Of a DNA stretch of 64,000 bases, positions 1 through 9,318 are shown piece by piece. The translations under genes were made by a program, and so were the position numbers. The stretch is from Vicinamibacterales bacterium (GTDB lineage: Bacteria; Acidobacteriota; Vicinamibacteria; Vicinamibacterales; UBA2999). Position 1 is the first letter of the stretch. Every line of letters begins with the position of its first letter. The stretch is taken from the NCBI GenBank assembly GCA_035293405.1, contig DATDOE010000090.1, positions 138,282-202,281 of the forward strand. The letters run 5' to 3'. The notes under the pieces are model-generated. The model searched no databases. It had not been told where the DNA came from and worked only from the letters and a program-made list of their open reading frames with translations.

Positions 1-1209
1 GCCCTCCGGAGGCAGTCGGAAACCTGCGGTCAGAGCGCTCCGCGACAACGTCGCGAAGTCCTCCGGCAGCAGCCACTGTCGATCGACCAGCAGCATCGCC
101 CGCTCGATCGCGTTGCGAAGCTCGCGCACGTTTCCGGGCCAGCGGTACTGCTCGAGCACCGCCATCGCCTCCGGCGTCACGCCTTTCACGTGCTTGCGGA
201 ACTCGCGGTTGTATCGATCGATGTAGTAGTCGGCGAGGAGCGTGATGTCGCCCCGGCGACTCCGCAGCGGTGGCAACGCCACCGGCATCACCTGCAGGCG
301 GTAGAACAGGTCCTCACGGAACTTGCCGTCCCGCACTTCCTCTTCCAGATCACGGTTGGTGGCCGCGATCACCCGGACGTCCACGCGAATGTCGGCGAGG
401 CCGCCCACACGCTTGAACGTGCGCTCTTCGAGAAACCGCAGCAGCTTGGCCTGGAGGCCGGGCATCATCTCGCCGATCTCGTCGAGAAACACCGTGCCGC
501 CGTCCGCGGCCTCGAACAGGCCGCGCTTCTGCTGCCGCGCATCAGTAAACGCTCCACGCTCGTGGCCGAACAGCTCGCTCTCCAGGAGTTGCTCGGGCAG
601 CGCCGAGCATGTGATGTTCACGAACGGCCTGGCTGCGCGGCTGCTGTTGTAGTGGATCGCCTTGGCCGCGAGATCCTTGCCGGTTCCGGTTTCGCCGGTC
701 AACATGACCGTGGAGGCCGGGCTCTCCGCGATCCGGCGGAGCAGGGCCTTCGCCGAGGTCATCGCCGGAGACGCGCCGATGATCGCGTCAAACGTGAACT
801 CGCGGCTCTGCGTCCCTCTGAGAAGGCGCACCTCTTTCCTCAGCCGGCTCGTCTCCAGTGCCTTCTCCACCGTGGCCGTGACGTCATCGAGGTTGAACGG
901 CTTGTTCAGATAGTGATAGGCGCCCTGCTTGATCGCTTCAACGGCGTTGTCGATCGACGAGAAGGCCGTCATGAGCACGACCGGCGTGTCGGGCGACAGC
1001 TCCTTGATCCGTCGCAGCGTCGTCAGCCCGTCGCCGTCCGGCAAGCGATAGTCGAGCAACACCAGATCGACACCGGCGGCCATCTGCTCGATCGCGGCGG
1101 CGCAGGTCGCCGCCTCGAGAATAGTGTAGCCGTCGCGCGTGAAGCGTTCGCGCAGCGACCAGCGGACGAGATCCTCATCGTCGACGATCAGTATCGTGGC
1201 ATTCGTCAT
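1..1209 (-). CDS. Sigma-54-dependent response regulator (NtrC family); C-terminal HTH lies beyond the window edge
   Basis: Absent from the ORF track because it runs off the edge. My reverse translation from ATG (cat 1207-1209) gives [19 protein letters not shown] (receiver), then Walker A GETGTGKD, the GAFTDA loop and [16 protein letters not shown]. The listed + ORF 190..1212 is its Arg-rich antisense shadow. Confidence 0.85.
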   Translation of the reverse strand, partial: MTNATILIVDDEDLVRWSLRERFTRDGYTILEAATCAAAIEQMAAGVDLVLLDYRLPDGDGLTTLRRIKELSPDTPVVLMTAFSSIDNAVEAIKQGAYHYLNKPFNLDDVTATVEKALETSRLRKEVRLLRGTQSREFTFDAIIGASPAMTSAKALLRRIAESPASTVMLTGETGTGKDLAAKAIHYNSSRAARPFVNITCSALPEQLLESELFGHERGAFTDARQQKRGLFEAADGGTVFLDEIGEMMPGLQAKLLRFLEERTFKRVGGLADIRVDVRVIAATNRDLEEEVRDGKFREDLFYRLQVMPVALPPLRSRRGDITLLADYYIDRYNREFRKHVKGVTPEAMAVLEQYRWPGNVRELRNAIERAMLLVDRQWLLPEDFATLSRSALTAGFRLPPEG

Positions 1210-1247
1210 TGACATGCACCAGGCCTGTGCGGCCGGGACTCTCGATT

Positions 1248-1790
1248 TCAAGGGATGCAGCGTGCCTTCGGGTCATCCTTGTCGCGATAGACCTCGTGAC
1301 ATGCTGCACACGCGTCGGAGACCGTACCGCTGACTTCGACCATCGCGTCGAGGTTCTTCGACTGCGCGGCTTTGTAGGCCGCGTTACCCGCGTCCACCAG
1401 TCCCGCGGCGAACTTTCTGAAGTCTTCACGGTCGAGTGGCACCGGCCGGCCGTTCTCGCACACGCGTCCCGGGACGATCAGCAGGTTGGCGGTCTCTGCA
1501 ATCGCCAGCGCATTGTTCTCGACGGCCTGCCAGCCTCCGTAGACGCTCGAGAAGGACGCCGTCGCGCCACGAGCCGTGTCGCCGGCCTTCTTCGGCACTC
1601 CCGGATCCTCGCTCTGCGTGTCGAAGATGATGTTGGAGGCCGGGAACGGGATGCCGCGCATCATCTGCGCCAGCGTCGCGTGTGGCTGTGGCGCAGGCAA
1701 CGCCGGCGCCGGCGCCGGGACAGGATCTGCCGGTGAAGAGCCGCAGGCGCCCACCAGAACCATCGCCGCCACTGCCGAACCGATTCTCAT
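1248..1790 (-). CDS. Cytochrome c'-like (class II cytochrome c) lipoprotein
   Basis: ORF 1248..1820. An internal start gives [16 protein letters not shown] (signal peptide plus lipobox). There is a single CAACH haem motif close to the C-terminus, as in class II cytochromes c. Confidence 0.7.
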   Translation of the reverse strand: MRIGSAVAAMVLVGACGSSPADPVPAPAPALPAPQPHATLAQMMRGIPFPASNIIFDTQSEDPGVPKKAGDTARGATASFSSVYGGWQAVENNALAIAETANLLIVPGRVCENGRPVPLDREDFRKFAAGLVDAGNAAYKAAQSKNLDAMVEVSGTVSDACAACHEVYRDKDDPKARCIP

Positions 1791-1865
1791 CTGTGTCCTC
1801 CGAGTCTGTGGCCGGTCCACGGGACCGGCCTACGTATCAAGACGGCATTCATGTGCTTCCGCCAG

Positions 1866-1881
1866 TGCAAATCATCAGCCA
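1866..1881 (-). promoter_or_regulatory. Candidate sigma-54 (-24/-12) promoter for the cytochrome c' gene
   Basis: The minus strand reads TGGCTGATGATTTGCA, i.e. TGGC-N7-TTGCA with exact consensus spacing. It lies 76 nt upstream of the 1790 start. Confidence 0.45.
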
Positions 1882-2053
1882 GCGCCGTTGCCGGGACCGA
1901 TGCGCCAGGAACATTCGCGAATCGAGAGGTGTCTGGCGACGGGGCATGGGACCGGCGCGAACTTTCCCTCACTGGTGTGAAAAATCCCCGGTGCCTGGAC
2001 GGCCGGCGGATGCATCCCCGCGAAAACATCGACCTGGCTGACGCGAGCACCTC

Positions 2054-2069
2054 TGGCCGCGCGCTTGCA
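2054..2069 (+). promoter_or_regulatory. Candidate sigma-54 (-24/-12) promoter for the tonB/small-Cys-protein operon
   Basis: TGGCCGCGCGCTTGCA, i.e. TGGC-N7-TTGCA. It lies about 30 nt upstream of the tonB ATG at 2100 and is divergent from the 1866-1881 site. Confidence 0.5.
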
Positions 2070-2099
2070 CTGATGAGGACTCAGGAAAGGGAGACGGCC

Positions 2100-2840
2100 A
2101 TGTTCGACCTCGTCACAGGCAAGGCGCGACATATCCCGCAGCACGCGACGCTCCCGATCGTGTTATCCACGACGGCACAAGCGTTGGCGCTGGCGGCGGT
2201 GATCGCGATACCGATGCTGTTCGTGGCCGACCAGATGCCGGAAATGCCGACGATGATGGCGTTCGTGGCGGCGCCGCCACCACCGGCTCCGCCGCCTCCG
2301 CCACCGGCGCCCGCTCCGGCGAAACCAACGCCCGCGCAGACGCGGCCCGTCCCCACCACCAGCGCGTTCGCGGCGCCGGTGATCGCTCCGCCTGCGATCG
2401 CCGCCGAGGCTCCGGGCGTGGAGGAAGGTTTCGATGAGGGTGTGCCGGGTGGCGTCGAAGGCGGCGTCCCCGGAGGCGTTGTCGGCGGTGTGGTCGGCGG
2501 ACTGCCTGAGCCCGCTCCGCCGCCGCCGCCGCCGACCCGTGGCCCGGTCCGCATCGGTGGACAAATCGAAGCACCTGCACTCATCCGCCGGGTGGAGCCA
2601 TTCTATCCACCACTCGCCGTACAGGCCCATCTTCAGGGCATGGTGATTCTCGTGGCCATCATCGATCGCGAAGGCAAGGTCGAGGACGTGACGGTACTGC
2701 GATCGGCGGGACCGCTGCTCGATCGAGAAGCGCTGCTCGCGGTGCGCCAGTGGCGCTACTCGCCGCTGGTGTTGAACGGCATTCGCGAGCGCTTCACGTT
2801 GACGGTCACGCTGTCATTTCATCTCGAGATCGGGAAGTAA
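2100..2840 (+). CDS. tonB: TonB family energy transducer
   Basis: In frame with ORF 1851..2840. ATG at 2100 follows AGGAAAGGGAG. It has an N-terminal TM helix, a Pro-rich spacer (PPPPAPPPPPPAPAPAKP) and a TonB C-terminal domain (VEPFYPPLAVQAHLQGMVILVAIIDREGKV...RYSP). Confidence 0.85.
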   Translation: MFDLVTGKARHIPQHATLPIVLSTTAQALALAAVIAIPMLFVADQMPEMPTMMAFVAAPPPPAPPPPPPAPAPAKPTPAQTRPVPTTSAFAAPVIAPPAIAAEAPGVEEGFDEGVPGGVEGGVPGGVVGGVVGGLPEPAPPPPPPTRGPVRIGGQIEAPALIRRVEPFYPPLAVQAHLQGMVILVAIIDREGKVEDVTVLRSAGPLLDREALLAVRQWRYSPLVLNGIRERFTLTVTLSFHLEIGK

Positions 2841-2850
2841 GGAGTTCGCC

Positions 2851-3054
2851 ATGGCCAAGACCGCCGTCGCCACACTGCAGACTGCGTGGGACTGTCGCTG
2901 GAGTCGACCCGGGTTCCGTCTGTCGGGCGTGAAGGAATCACTGCAGCCCGAGAGCGTGTGGGTGTGCATCAGAACCGGCGAGCGTCACAACGTGACCGAG
3001 GCGAAATGCGAATCATGCCCTCACTGGGAATTGGACAAGCGGCACGAGAACTGA
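2851..3054 (+). CDS. Small Cys-rich protein (67 aa), paralogue of 3104..3322
   Basis: AAGGAG RBS directly after the tonB stop. It shares TLxTxWDCRWSR...WVC...CxxCPxW with the next ORF. Confidence 0.55.
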   Translation: MAKTAVATLQTAWDCRWSRPGFRLSGVKESLQPESVWVCIRTGERHNVTEAKCESCPHWELDKRHEN

Positions 3055-3103
3055 AACGTATTCGGCGACTTCCGTCTAGCGATCTGCGACCAAGGACACG
3101 ATC

Positions 3104-3322
3104 ATGAGCGACAAGGCCGCTACGACACTGCACACACCGTGGGATTGCCGATGGAGCCGATTCGGCCGACGGCGAGCGTGCGAAAGCTTCTGGGTGTGTA
3201 CGTTCGCGACGACGCGCATCCCGATCGGCCCATCCGATTGCGAGACGTGCCCGTACTGGGACTTCCAACCGCCGCTCGAAGCGCTGGTTCTGGTGGCCGC
3301 AGGTCACGACCGGGCGAAGTAA
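3104..3322 (+). CDS. Small Cys-rich protein (72 aa), paralogue of 2851..3054
   Basis: Same four-Cys pattern (WDCRWSR, WVC, CETCPYW). Its last 4 codons and stop lie inside the duplicated uvrC 3' fragment. Confidence 0.55.
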   Translation: MSDKAATTLHTPWDCRWSRFGRRRACESFWVCTFATTRIPIGPSDCETCPYWDFQPPLEALVLVAAGHDRAK

Positions 3323-3420
3323 TCGATCACGGCGGCGGCGGCCTTGGCGCCCACCACCGAGGCCAGTTCCTCGCGAGTCCCGCGGCGCACGCCGGCGAGG
3401 CTGCCAAACCTCGTGAGCAG
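3311..3420 (-). repeat. Exact 110-bp copy of the uvrC 3' end (orphan fragment encoding LLTRFGSLAGVRRGTREELASVVGAKAAAAVIDYFAR)
   Basis: I aligned it base by base to 12560..12669 and found 110/110 identity in the same orientation. It is also visible as identical peptide stretches in ORFs 3304..3567(-) and 12550..14457(-). Confidence 0.95.
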
Positions 3421-3633
3421 CGCCCATGGTGCCAATCGGATCGACGTGCACTGCTGGATTGAGCGACACCCGGCCCAGCAAGCGCGCGGTGGGGTCACCG
3501 AGTCGAGCGCGGGAACACGGGCATGTGGCGCCTCGTCACACTCATCCGAGGGCGCGGCCGAGGGCATCGTCGTTCAATGAGATTGGAGACGAACGGTGGG
3601 AGAATGGGTACCGGGCCTCAGAGGAGAACAGTC

Positions 3634-3918
3634 ATGGCAGACAAAACCTGGTGGGACACCGTCAAGCTCGAAGGCGACGCGATTCAGGAAAAACTCAAAT
3701 CGCTGATTCATGAGGGCAACGTCCGGCGGATTCGCATCCAGCACGAAGGGCGTACTGTCGCCGAGTTTCCCGTCACCGCCGGCGTCGTTGCTGTCGTGCT
3801 CGCACCAGTAGCCGCCGCAGTGGGCGCTCTGGTGGCGTTGCTCAAGGACTGCACGATTCAAGTGGAGCGTGAGGAGAAACCTGACGCAGCCGCGGGCGAG
3901 AAACGAGCGTCGGCATAG
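3634..3918 (+). CDS. DUF4342-like small membrane-associated protein
   Basis: ATG 3634 follows GAGGAG. The sequence MADKTWWDTVKLEGDAIQEKLKSLIHEGNVRRIRIQHEGRTVAEFPVTAG plus a hydrophobic tail matches my recollection of DUF4342. Confidence 0.65.
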   Translation: MADKTWWDTVKLEGDAIQEKLKSLIHEGNVRRIRIQHEGRTVAEFPVTAGVVAVVLAPVAAAVGALVALLKDCTIQVEREEKPDAAAGEKRASA

Positions 3919-3986
3919 TCACCCGGCATGAGCGGGCCTCGACAGGCTGGTCCCGGTTCTCTCCGACGCCGCCCGTCACGGCGGAT

Positions 3987-4376
3987 TCAGCGTTTGGCGG
4001 TGAAGGTGCCGCCGCCAAACTCCCCGAGCGTCACTTTGCCCTTCATCGCGTTGCTGGCTTCGATCGTCCCTGTGTAGGTGACCACGATCGTCATCCCCTG
4101 CGCGTTGGCGGTGAAGGAGAACGCGATGTCCGGGCCTTTCACCGTTCCCGTCAGGTCCGCTTCGCCGAGCGCCTCGGACGAGTAGTGACCCGTCAGCGTC
4201 TCACCGGCCTGAGCCAGAGTCACCGTGGGCGATCCTGAGCCGAGCTCTGTCTGCACCTGGAACGTCCACTTCCCCGTCACGTCCACCCGCGAGGCGTCCT
4301 GCGTCGCGACGAGCGAGCTTCCCAGCACCGCGCAGATGGCGGCCACGAACGTGGTCCGCAAGAGACGCTGGATCAT
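3987..4376 (-). CDS. Secreted small beta-rich protein, unknown function
   Basis: Internal start MIQRLLRTTFVAAICAVLGSSLVA (signal peptide) with a GGAGG RBS. It lies 21 nt downstream of the receptor gene. Confidence 0.6.
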   Translation of the reverse strand: MIQRLLRTTFVAAICAVLGSSLVATQDASRVDVTGKWTFQVQTELGSGSPTVTLAQAGETLTGHYSSEALGEADLTGTVKGPDIAFSFTANAQGMTIVVTYTGTIEASNAMKGKVTLGEFGGGTFTAKR

Positions 4377-4396
4377 GGTTCCTCCGATCTCACCGG

Positions 4397-7300
4397 TCAG
4401 AAATCGAACTGCGCCCCGATCTTGAACAGCCGGCCTTGCAGCACGTTGGTTGGTCGCCGCCACGTACTCGTGGCCGTCGTCGCAAAGGTGTTGTTCAGCG
4501 TGAACGGCCAGTTACTGTTGAAGACGTTGTAGAGATCGGCGTCGACGCGCAGCCGGTGGCGATTGATGCGGACTCCCTTCGACAGCCTCAGATCGAGCTG
4601 GTTCAGGTTCTCGCCGTACACCGTCCCTGGCTCGATGAGCGAGATCGTCTTGGTGGCCGTGGCGCCGGCCGCGAGGTTCCGACCGAGGGCGGGCGCGATG
4701 AGCGCGTTCGGCACAGCCCAGTTCGCGAGCACGTTGGGTCCGCGCGTGAACTGGTAGGTGCCGCTGATCGTCACGTCCCACGGGAGCCGGTGCGATCCGA
4801 GCAGCTTCAGGTCGGGCCGGTACGGGAACGTCTGATCGCAGAAGTTGGCCTCGGGATTGTCCACCTGGGCAACAACTCCCGGCGTGTTGCACGTGTTGTT
4901 CTTGCGCTGTTGCGCATTGATCCCGCCAGACAGGAACGTGCCCGCCCGAAGGCGCGCGTTGACGTTGACGTCGAACCCGGTGAACACATCGTCGACGCCG
5001 CCAAAATTGCTGGCGTGGCTGCGGACGTTCCGCACCAGTCCCTGCGCCGTGGGCTTGATGTCGTACAACCCACAGATCTGATAGCCGCCGCCACCTGGCA
5101 GATCCGCGTTGACGGGCGCGGTGACGCAAAACGATCCGTCGTAGCTGGACGCATCGGTGAGCAGATTGTCGGTGGCGAGCTGGTTGCCGAACGACCGCCG
5201 GTAGTAGCCGGCCGACACCGACACGCGTGGGAGCAACTGGTGCTGCACGCTCGTCGTGAATTCCCAGTTGTTGGTACGGACGCCCCATCCGTTGAGCACC
5301 TCCGGATGGGTGGTCGTGGTCGAGGCCACGAGCTTGCCGAAGTTGGCGTTCGTCGTGGGACCAAGTTCCACGCTCTGGACCGAGCCATCGGGGTCGAAAA
5401 TCGTGAAGTCGCCGTTGAGGTCGCGCCAGACGCGGGTGTCGGTGCGGCCCACGGTCGTCTCCGGGTTGTTCGCCGCCGCCGTGCCCGCAGCCTCGCCGTT
5501 GACGTAGCGCGCCGCCGAAAACTTCAGCGCCGTCTTGCCGGTGCCGAACAGGTCATACGCCAGGCCAATCCGCGGACTCAGGTCCTTCCAGTCCTGGACG
5601 TCGAAGCCCTCGAAGTGCGCCGCCGGGCTCCACCGGCCCGCGGGCAGGTCCTCGTCGAGCACGCGGCCCTGGAACCAGTCGTAGCGCAGGCCGGCGTTGA
5701 TCGTCGCGCGCCCGATCGTCCATTTGTCCTGGGCGAACAGGCCGACGTCGGCCTTGATGCCTTCGCGCTGGTCGAGCGGGGTGCGCAGCGTGACGGCCTG
5801 CGGAAGGCCATTCTGAAACGTCATGGTGAGGTCGCCCGTGTACCGCTCGACCGTCCGGCGAGGCCCCTCGCCCATCGTGCCGCCGAACCGGAACGAATGA
5901 GAGCCGGTGACGTAGGTCGCCGCGGCGGAGTAGGTCCGAAGCGTCGAGAAGTGATCCGCGGGGTTGGTCCCGACGATACCGCCCCACGCGGCGAACGTCT
6001 TGCCCGTCGTCTGCTCAGTGATCGCGTAGACGGTCGACCGGGCGACCGCGGCGGTGTCGAACACCTTTTCGTCGATGCCGGTGACGGACGGCTGATACAG
6101 CTCCGTGTACTCCTGACTGTAGATGGAGAAGCCCGCTTCGAGCAACAGCCGGTTCGTCTGCGTGCGGGTCCATTTCGAGACCGACACGTAGCTGGTCGGG
6201 GTGACCTGCACCGCGCTCGCGTCCGGCGTCACGTTGGCGCTGATGCCCCAGTGGTTGCGGTACTTGCTCTGGTCGTCGTGGTAATACGAGAGCTTGTCGC
6301 TCCCGCTCATCTGCCAGGTCAGGCGGCCCGACCGGCTCACGATGTGGCCGTCGTCGACGCCGGGTCGCGTCAGATCGGCGGAGTAGCGATACGGTGAGGG
6401 ATCCGAGTCGAAGTAGCTGTCGACCACTGTCTTTTCGACGCCCCAGTGGCGGAAGGTCCCCTGGAACCAGAGCCGGTCCCGCAGGATTGGGCCACCAATG
6501 GACGGATTGACGTCCCAGATCTTCTGGATCTCGCTGACGTTGCTGATCACGTTGTTGACGTTGTACACGCGACTGCCCGCGAGGTTGCTCCGGAGATTGG
6601 CGGCTTGCCAGCCCTCGCCCGAGTAGTTGCCGACCACCGAGCCGCGGAACAGGTTGCCGCCGTCCTTGGGCACCATGTTGATGCGCACGCCGCCCTGCGC
6701 CATCTCGGCCGAGTCGGCGCCGGTGACGTAGCTCAGCTCGTTGAAGCTCCCGTCGTTCCAGTACACCCCGCTGTACGAGCCGTTCGCCTCGAGGTTGTTC
6801 AGCCGCATCCCGTCGATCGTCATCACGGCGTCGTTCGAGCCGCGCAACTGGAGCGGAGACTGCTGCATGCCGCCGGAGCCTCCGACGTCGCGTGACAGCG
6901 CGCCGCCGCCGCCGAGCGACAGGCTGGTTCCAGGGATCATGATCCCGACTGCCTGGATGTTGCGGGCCGTCGGGATGACGTCGAGCACCTCGCGTGTCAT
7001 CACGGTGCGCTGTGTGATGCTCTGCGTGTCGACGATTGGGGACTCGCCCGTGACCGTGATGGTCTCCTCGAGCGCGCCGACCTTCAGCGCGGCGTTGACG
7101 GGCGCGGTGAAGTCCGATGTCAGCTCGATCCCTTCACGGCGGACCACGCTGAAGCCGGCCACCGCGAAGGTGACGGAATACATGCCGGGGCGCAGGCGTT
7201 CGATCTTGTAGAGGCCGGCGCCGTCGGTCACCGCGGATCGGACTTTCTCGATCAGCGCGGGGCTCGAGACTTCAACGGTCACGCCTGGCAGCACGCCGCC

Positions 7301-7414
7301 CGACGCGTCCTTGACGATGCCCGCGATGCTGCTCGTCTGCGCCGCCGCAGCCGCCGGCCACAGTAGAACACAGACCAGGGTCATGACGATTCGCAAGGCC
7401 AATCCGATGCGCAT
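4397..7414 (-). CDS. TonB-dependent receptor-like outer-membrane protein with N-terminal carboxypeptidase-regulatory-like domain
   Basis: It has a signal peptide (MRIGLALRIVMTLVCVLLWPAAAAAQ), then SIAGIVKDASGGVLPGVTVEV...GLYKIERLRPGMYSV. The long beta-barrel-like sequence ends in a terminal ...FDF. Confidence 0.85.
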   Translation of the reverse strand: MRIGLALRIVMTLVCVLLWPAAAAAQTSSIAGIVKDASGGVLPGVTVEVSSPALIEKVRSAVTDGAGLYKIERLRPGMYSVTFAVAGFSVVRREGIELTSDFTAPVNAALKVGALEETITVTGESPIVDTQSITQRTVMTREVLDVIPTARNIQAVGIMIPGTSLSLGGGGALSRDVGGSGGMQQSPLQLRGSNDAVMTIDGMRLNNLEANGSYSGVYWNDGSFNELSYVTGADSAEMAQGGVRINMVPKDGGNLFRGSVVGNYSGEGWQAANLRSNLAGSRVYNVNNVISNVSEIQKIWDVNPSIGGPILRDRLWFQGTFRHWGVEKTVVDSYFDSDPSPYRYSADLTRPGVDDGHIVSRSGRLTWQMSGSDKLSYYHDDQSKYRNHWGISANVTPDASAVQVTPTSYVSVSKWTRTQTNRLLLEAGFSIYSQEYTELYQPSVTGIDEKVFDTAAVARSTVYAITEQTTGKTFAAWGGIVGTNPADHFSTLRTYSAAATYVTGSHSFRFGGTMGEGPRRTVERYTGDLTMTFQNGLPQAVTLRTPLDQREGIKADVGLFAQDKWTIGRATINAGLRYDWFQGRVLDEDLPAGRWSPAAHFEGFDVQDWKDLSPRIGLAYDLFGTGKTALKFSAARYVNGEAAGTAAANNPETTVGRTDTRVWRDLNGDFTIFDPDGSVQSVELGPTTNANFGKLVASTTTTHPEVLNGWGVRTNNWEFTTSVQHQLLPRVSVSAGYYRRSFGNQLATDNLLTDASSYDGSFCVTAPVNADLPGGGGYQICGLYDIKPTAQGLVRNVRSHASNFGGVDDVFTGFDVNVNARLRAGTFLSGGINAQQRKNNTCNTPGVVAQVDNPEANFCDQTFPYRPDLKLLGSHRLPWDVTISGTYQFTRGPNVLANWAVPNALIAPALGRNLAAGATATKTISLIEPGTVYGENLNQLDLRLSKGVRINRHRLRVDADLYNVFNSNWPFTLNNTFATTATSTWRRPTNVLQGRLFKIGAQFDF

Positions 7415-7465
7415 GGCAAGCTCCCTCGCTGACTGTTTATCGCGTTGAGTGCACCCCGCGCCTAC

Positions 7466-7475
7466 CGACCGGTCG
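7466..7475. promoter_or_regulatory. Palindrome CGACCGGTCG in the receptor/tetR divergent intergenic region (candidate operator)
   Basis: Perfect 10-bp palindrome. Related copies occur at 8311, 10967 and 12459. Confidence 0.4.
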
Positions 7476-7592
7476 TTTAGTTGGCGGAGCATAGCACTGG
7501 CGGGGCCGGCTGACAATCGGACGGACATCACTGGCCAGACGCGGTGTATGCCCCTGAAGACGTTCACGGTCGATCGGGCAGCCGCACGACCT

Positions 7593-7603
7593 GTCAAGTT
7601 GAC
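7593..7603. promoter_or_regulatory. Palindrome GTCAAGTTGAC about 40 nt upstream of tetR (alternative operator candidate)
   Basis: 11-bp palindrome read directly from the sequence. Confidence 0.25.
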
Positions 7604-7643
7604 GGCGGATTACCCGGCGAGGTATCAACGAGCACTCCACGCC

Positions 7644-8333
7644 ATGCCTGCAAAACCGGCCGCCGCCCCGCGCCTCAACACGAAACGAGCGGAGATGTGC
7701 CGCACCGCCGCCGCACTTTTTCGCGATCGGGGCTTCGATGCCACGTCGGTAAGCGACATCGCCCGCGCCCTGGGCATGACCAAGGCCGGCCTCTACCACT
7801 ACTTCAGGAGCAAGGAGGAGCTCCTGCTCGAGATCATGATGTTCGGCCTCGACCGCGTGCGCGACGAGGTCATCGTGCCCTCGCGAGCCATCGCGGATCC
7901 CGAGGAGCGGCTTCGCCAGATCGTGCTTCGGCACGCCCGGATCGCGACGCGCGCTCAGGGCGCCGTCGCCAGCTTGACCGACGAAACACGCGCGCTGCCG
8001 ACACCGGCGCGAAAGAAGGTCGAGGAACTGCAGCGACAGTATTTCGATCTGCTCCGAGAGACGCTGGTGGACATCGAGGCGGCCGGCCGGCTACGGAAGG
8101 TCGATCGCACTGTCGCGGCATTCAGCGTGATCGGCATGATTCTCTGGCTGCCCCGGTGGTTCCGGCACGGTGGCCGCCTGACCACCGAGCAGGCCGCGAC
8201 GGAGATCGCGAACCTGGCGCTCGCGGGCCTCCTGCGACCGCAGGGGCAGGACCGCGCGGCTCGATCCAAGGGCAGCGCCAAGGCCAAGCGGGTGAAGTCC
8301 ACCAACCGACCGACCGGTCGCCGCACCGCTTGA
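7644..8333 (+). CDS. TetR/AcrR family transcriptional regulator
   Basis: In frame with ORF 7449..8333. HTH region RTAAALFRDRGFDATSVSDIARALGMTKAGLYHYFRSKEELL. Confidence 0.85.
   Translation: MPAKPAAAPRLNTKRAEMCRTAAALFRDRGFDATSVSDIARALGMTKAGLYHYFRSKEELLLEIMMFGLDRVRDEVIVPSRAIADPEERLRQIVLRHARIATRAQGAVASLTDETRALPTPARKKVEELQRQYFDLLRETLVDIEAAGRLRKVDRTVAAFSVIGMILWLPRWFRHGGRLTTEQAATEIANLALAGLLRPQGQDRAARSKGSAKAKRVKSTNRPTGRRTA
8311..8320. promoter_or_regulatory. Second perfect CGACCGGTCG palindrome, upstream of the 8407 gene
   Basis: It lies in the last codons of tetR, about 90 nt upstream of the next start codon. Confidence 0.35.
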
Positions 8334-8406
8334 CATCCGCACGGCGCCTGTCCACTATGAGCGCGCACCACGCCCGCGCCGAGTGGCGGGCGACTGGAGG
8401 ACGCGC

Positions 8407-9297
8407 GTGGGCCGAGGGTTCAGTGGACTGACGGGCGTTGCCGTGGCCGGCATCGCCGCTGCGGCTGGCGCGTTGATCACGGCGTTCGCCCTCCCGCTCG
8501 CGGGACAGGGTCAACCGCAAACCGCCGCGTACCGCGCCCCGCGCCCCGCCGATGGCAGGCCAGACCTGAACGGTATCTGGCAGACCATGAGCGGAGCCAA
8601 CGACGACCTCGAAATCCACATGGCGCGACCGGCGCTTGCACTTCGACCCGGACCGTACGGACCCGTGCCGGCGACCGCCGTCCTCGCCCTCGGCGCCGTT
8701 GGCGCCGTCCCGCCTGGCCTGGGCGTCGTCGAGGGCGGACCGATCCCGTACAAGCGGGACGCGCTCGCGACCAGGAAGGACAACCAGGCGCACTCGCTCG
8801 AACGCGACCCGGAAATCAAGTGCTACCTGCCCGGCGTGCCACGCGCCTCCTACATGCCGCATCCCTTCCAGATTCTGCAGAGTGCGAGCGCGCTGACGTT
8901 CGTCTATCAGTACGCGGGAGCCGTGCGGAATGTCCTGATGAAAGACCCCGGACCGGCCCCCGTCGATTCCTGGATGGGCCAGTCGGTCGGCCGGTGGGAC
9001 GGCGACACGCTCGTCGTCGACGTGACCGGATTCAACGACTCGAGCTGGTTCGATCGATCCGGCAACTTTCACAGCGACGCGCTGCACGTGGTCGAACGCT
9101 ACACCCGGACGGCGCCGGACGTGATCAGCTACTCGGCGACGATCGAAGACAGCAACGTGTTCACCCGTCCCTGGACCATCAGCATGCCGCTCTACCGCCG
9201 CCTCGAGAAGAACGCGCAACTGATGGACTTCAAGTGCGCCGAGTTTGTCGAAGAGTTGCTCTACGGCAAGTGGCGAAAGACGCCGCTCGCGCCCTAG
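8407..9297 (+). CDS. Exported protein of unknown function, paralogue of 9319..10422
   Basis: GTG 8407 is preceded by GGAGGA. It has a signal-like N-terminus and shares motifs with the next gene: PDGRPDLNGIW vs PDGHPDLQGMY, and SVGRWDGDTLVVDVTGFND vs SVGRWEGDILVVDTTNFTD. Confidence 0.65.
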   Translation: MGRGFSGLTGVAVAGIAAAAGALITAFALPLAGQGQPQTAAYRAPRPADGRPDLNGIWQTMSGANDDLEIHMARPALALRPGPYGPVPATAVLALGAVGAVPPGLGVVEGGPIPYKRDALATRKDNQAHSLERDPEIKCYLPGVPRASYMPHPFQILQSASALTFVYQYAGAVRNVLMKDPGPAPVDSWMGQSVGRWDGDTLVVDVTGFNDSSWFDRSGNFHSDALHVVERYTRTAPDVISYSATIEDSNVFTRPWTISMPLYRRLEKNAQLMDFKCAEFVEELLYGKWRKTPLAP

Positions 9298-9318
9298 CGC
9301 GAAGGCTGGAGACTGCCC

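Noticed and set aside
190-1212. 340-aa + strand ORF covering the start of the window
   Set aside because: It is Arg/Ala/His-rich with no recognisable motifs. The opposite strand encodes an unmistakable NtrC-type regulator ([19 protein letters not shown]), so this is an antisense shadow typical of high-GC DNA.
8122-9219. 365-aa minus-strand ORF (and similar long ORFs 4436..6397 +, 9655..10584 -, 13114..14472 +, 22255..23268 +, 25130..26215 +, 28996..29856 +, 47271..48311 +, 57746..58762 +)
   Set aside because: All are Arg/Gly/Pro/His-rich and low in complexity. Each lies antisense to a gene with clear family motifs, and none has a plausible RBS or domain signature.
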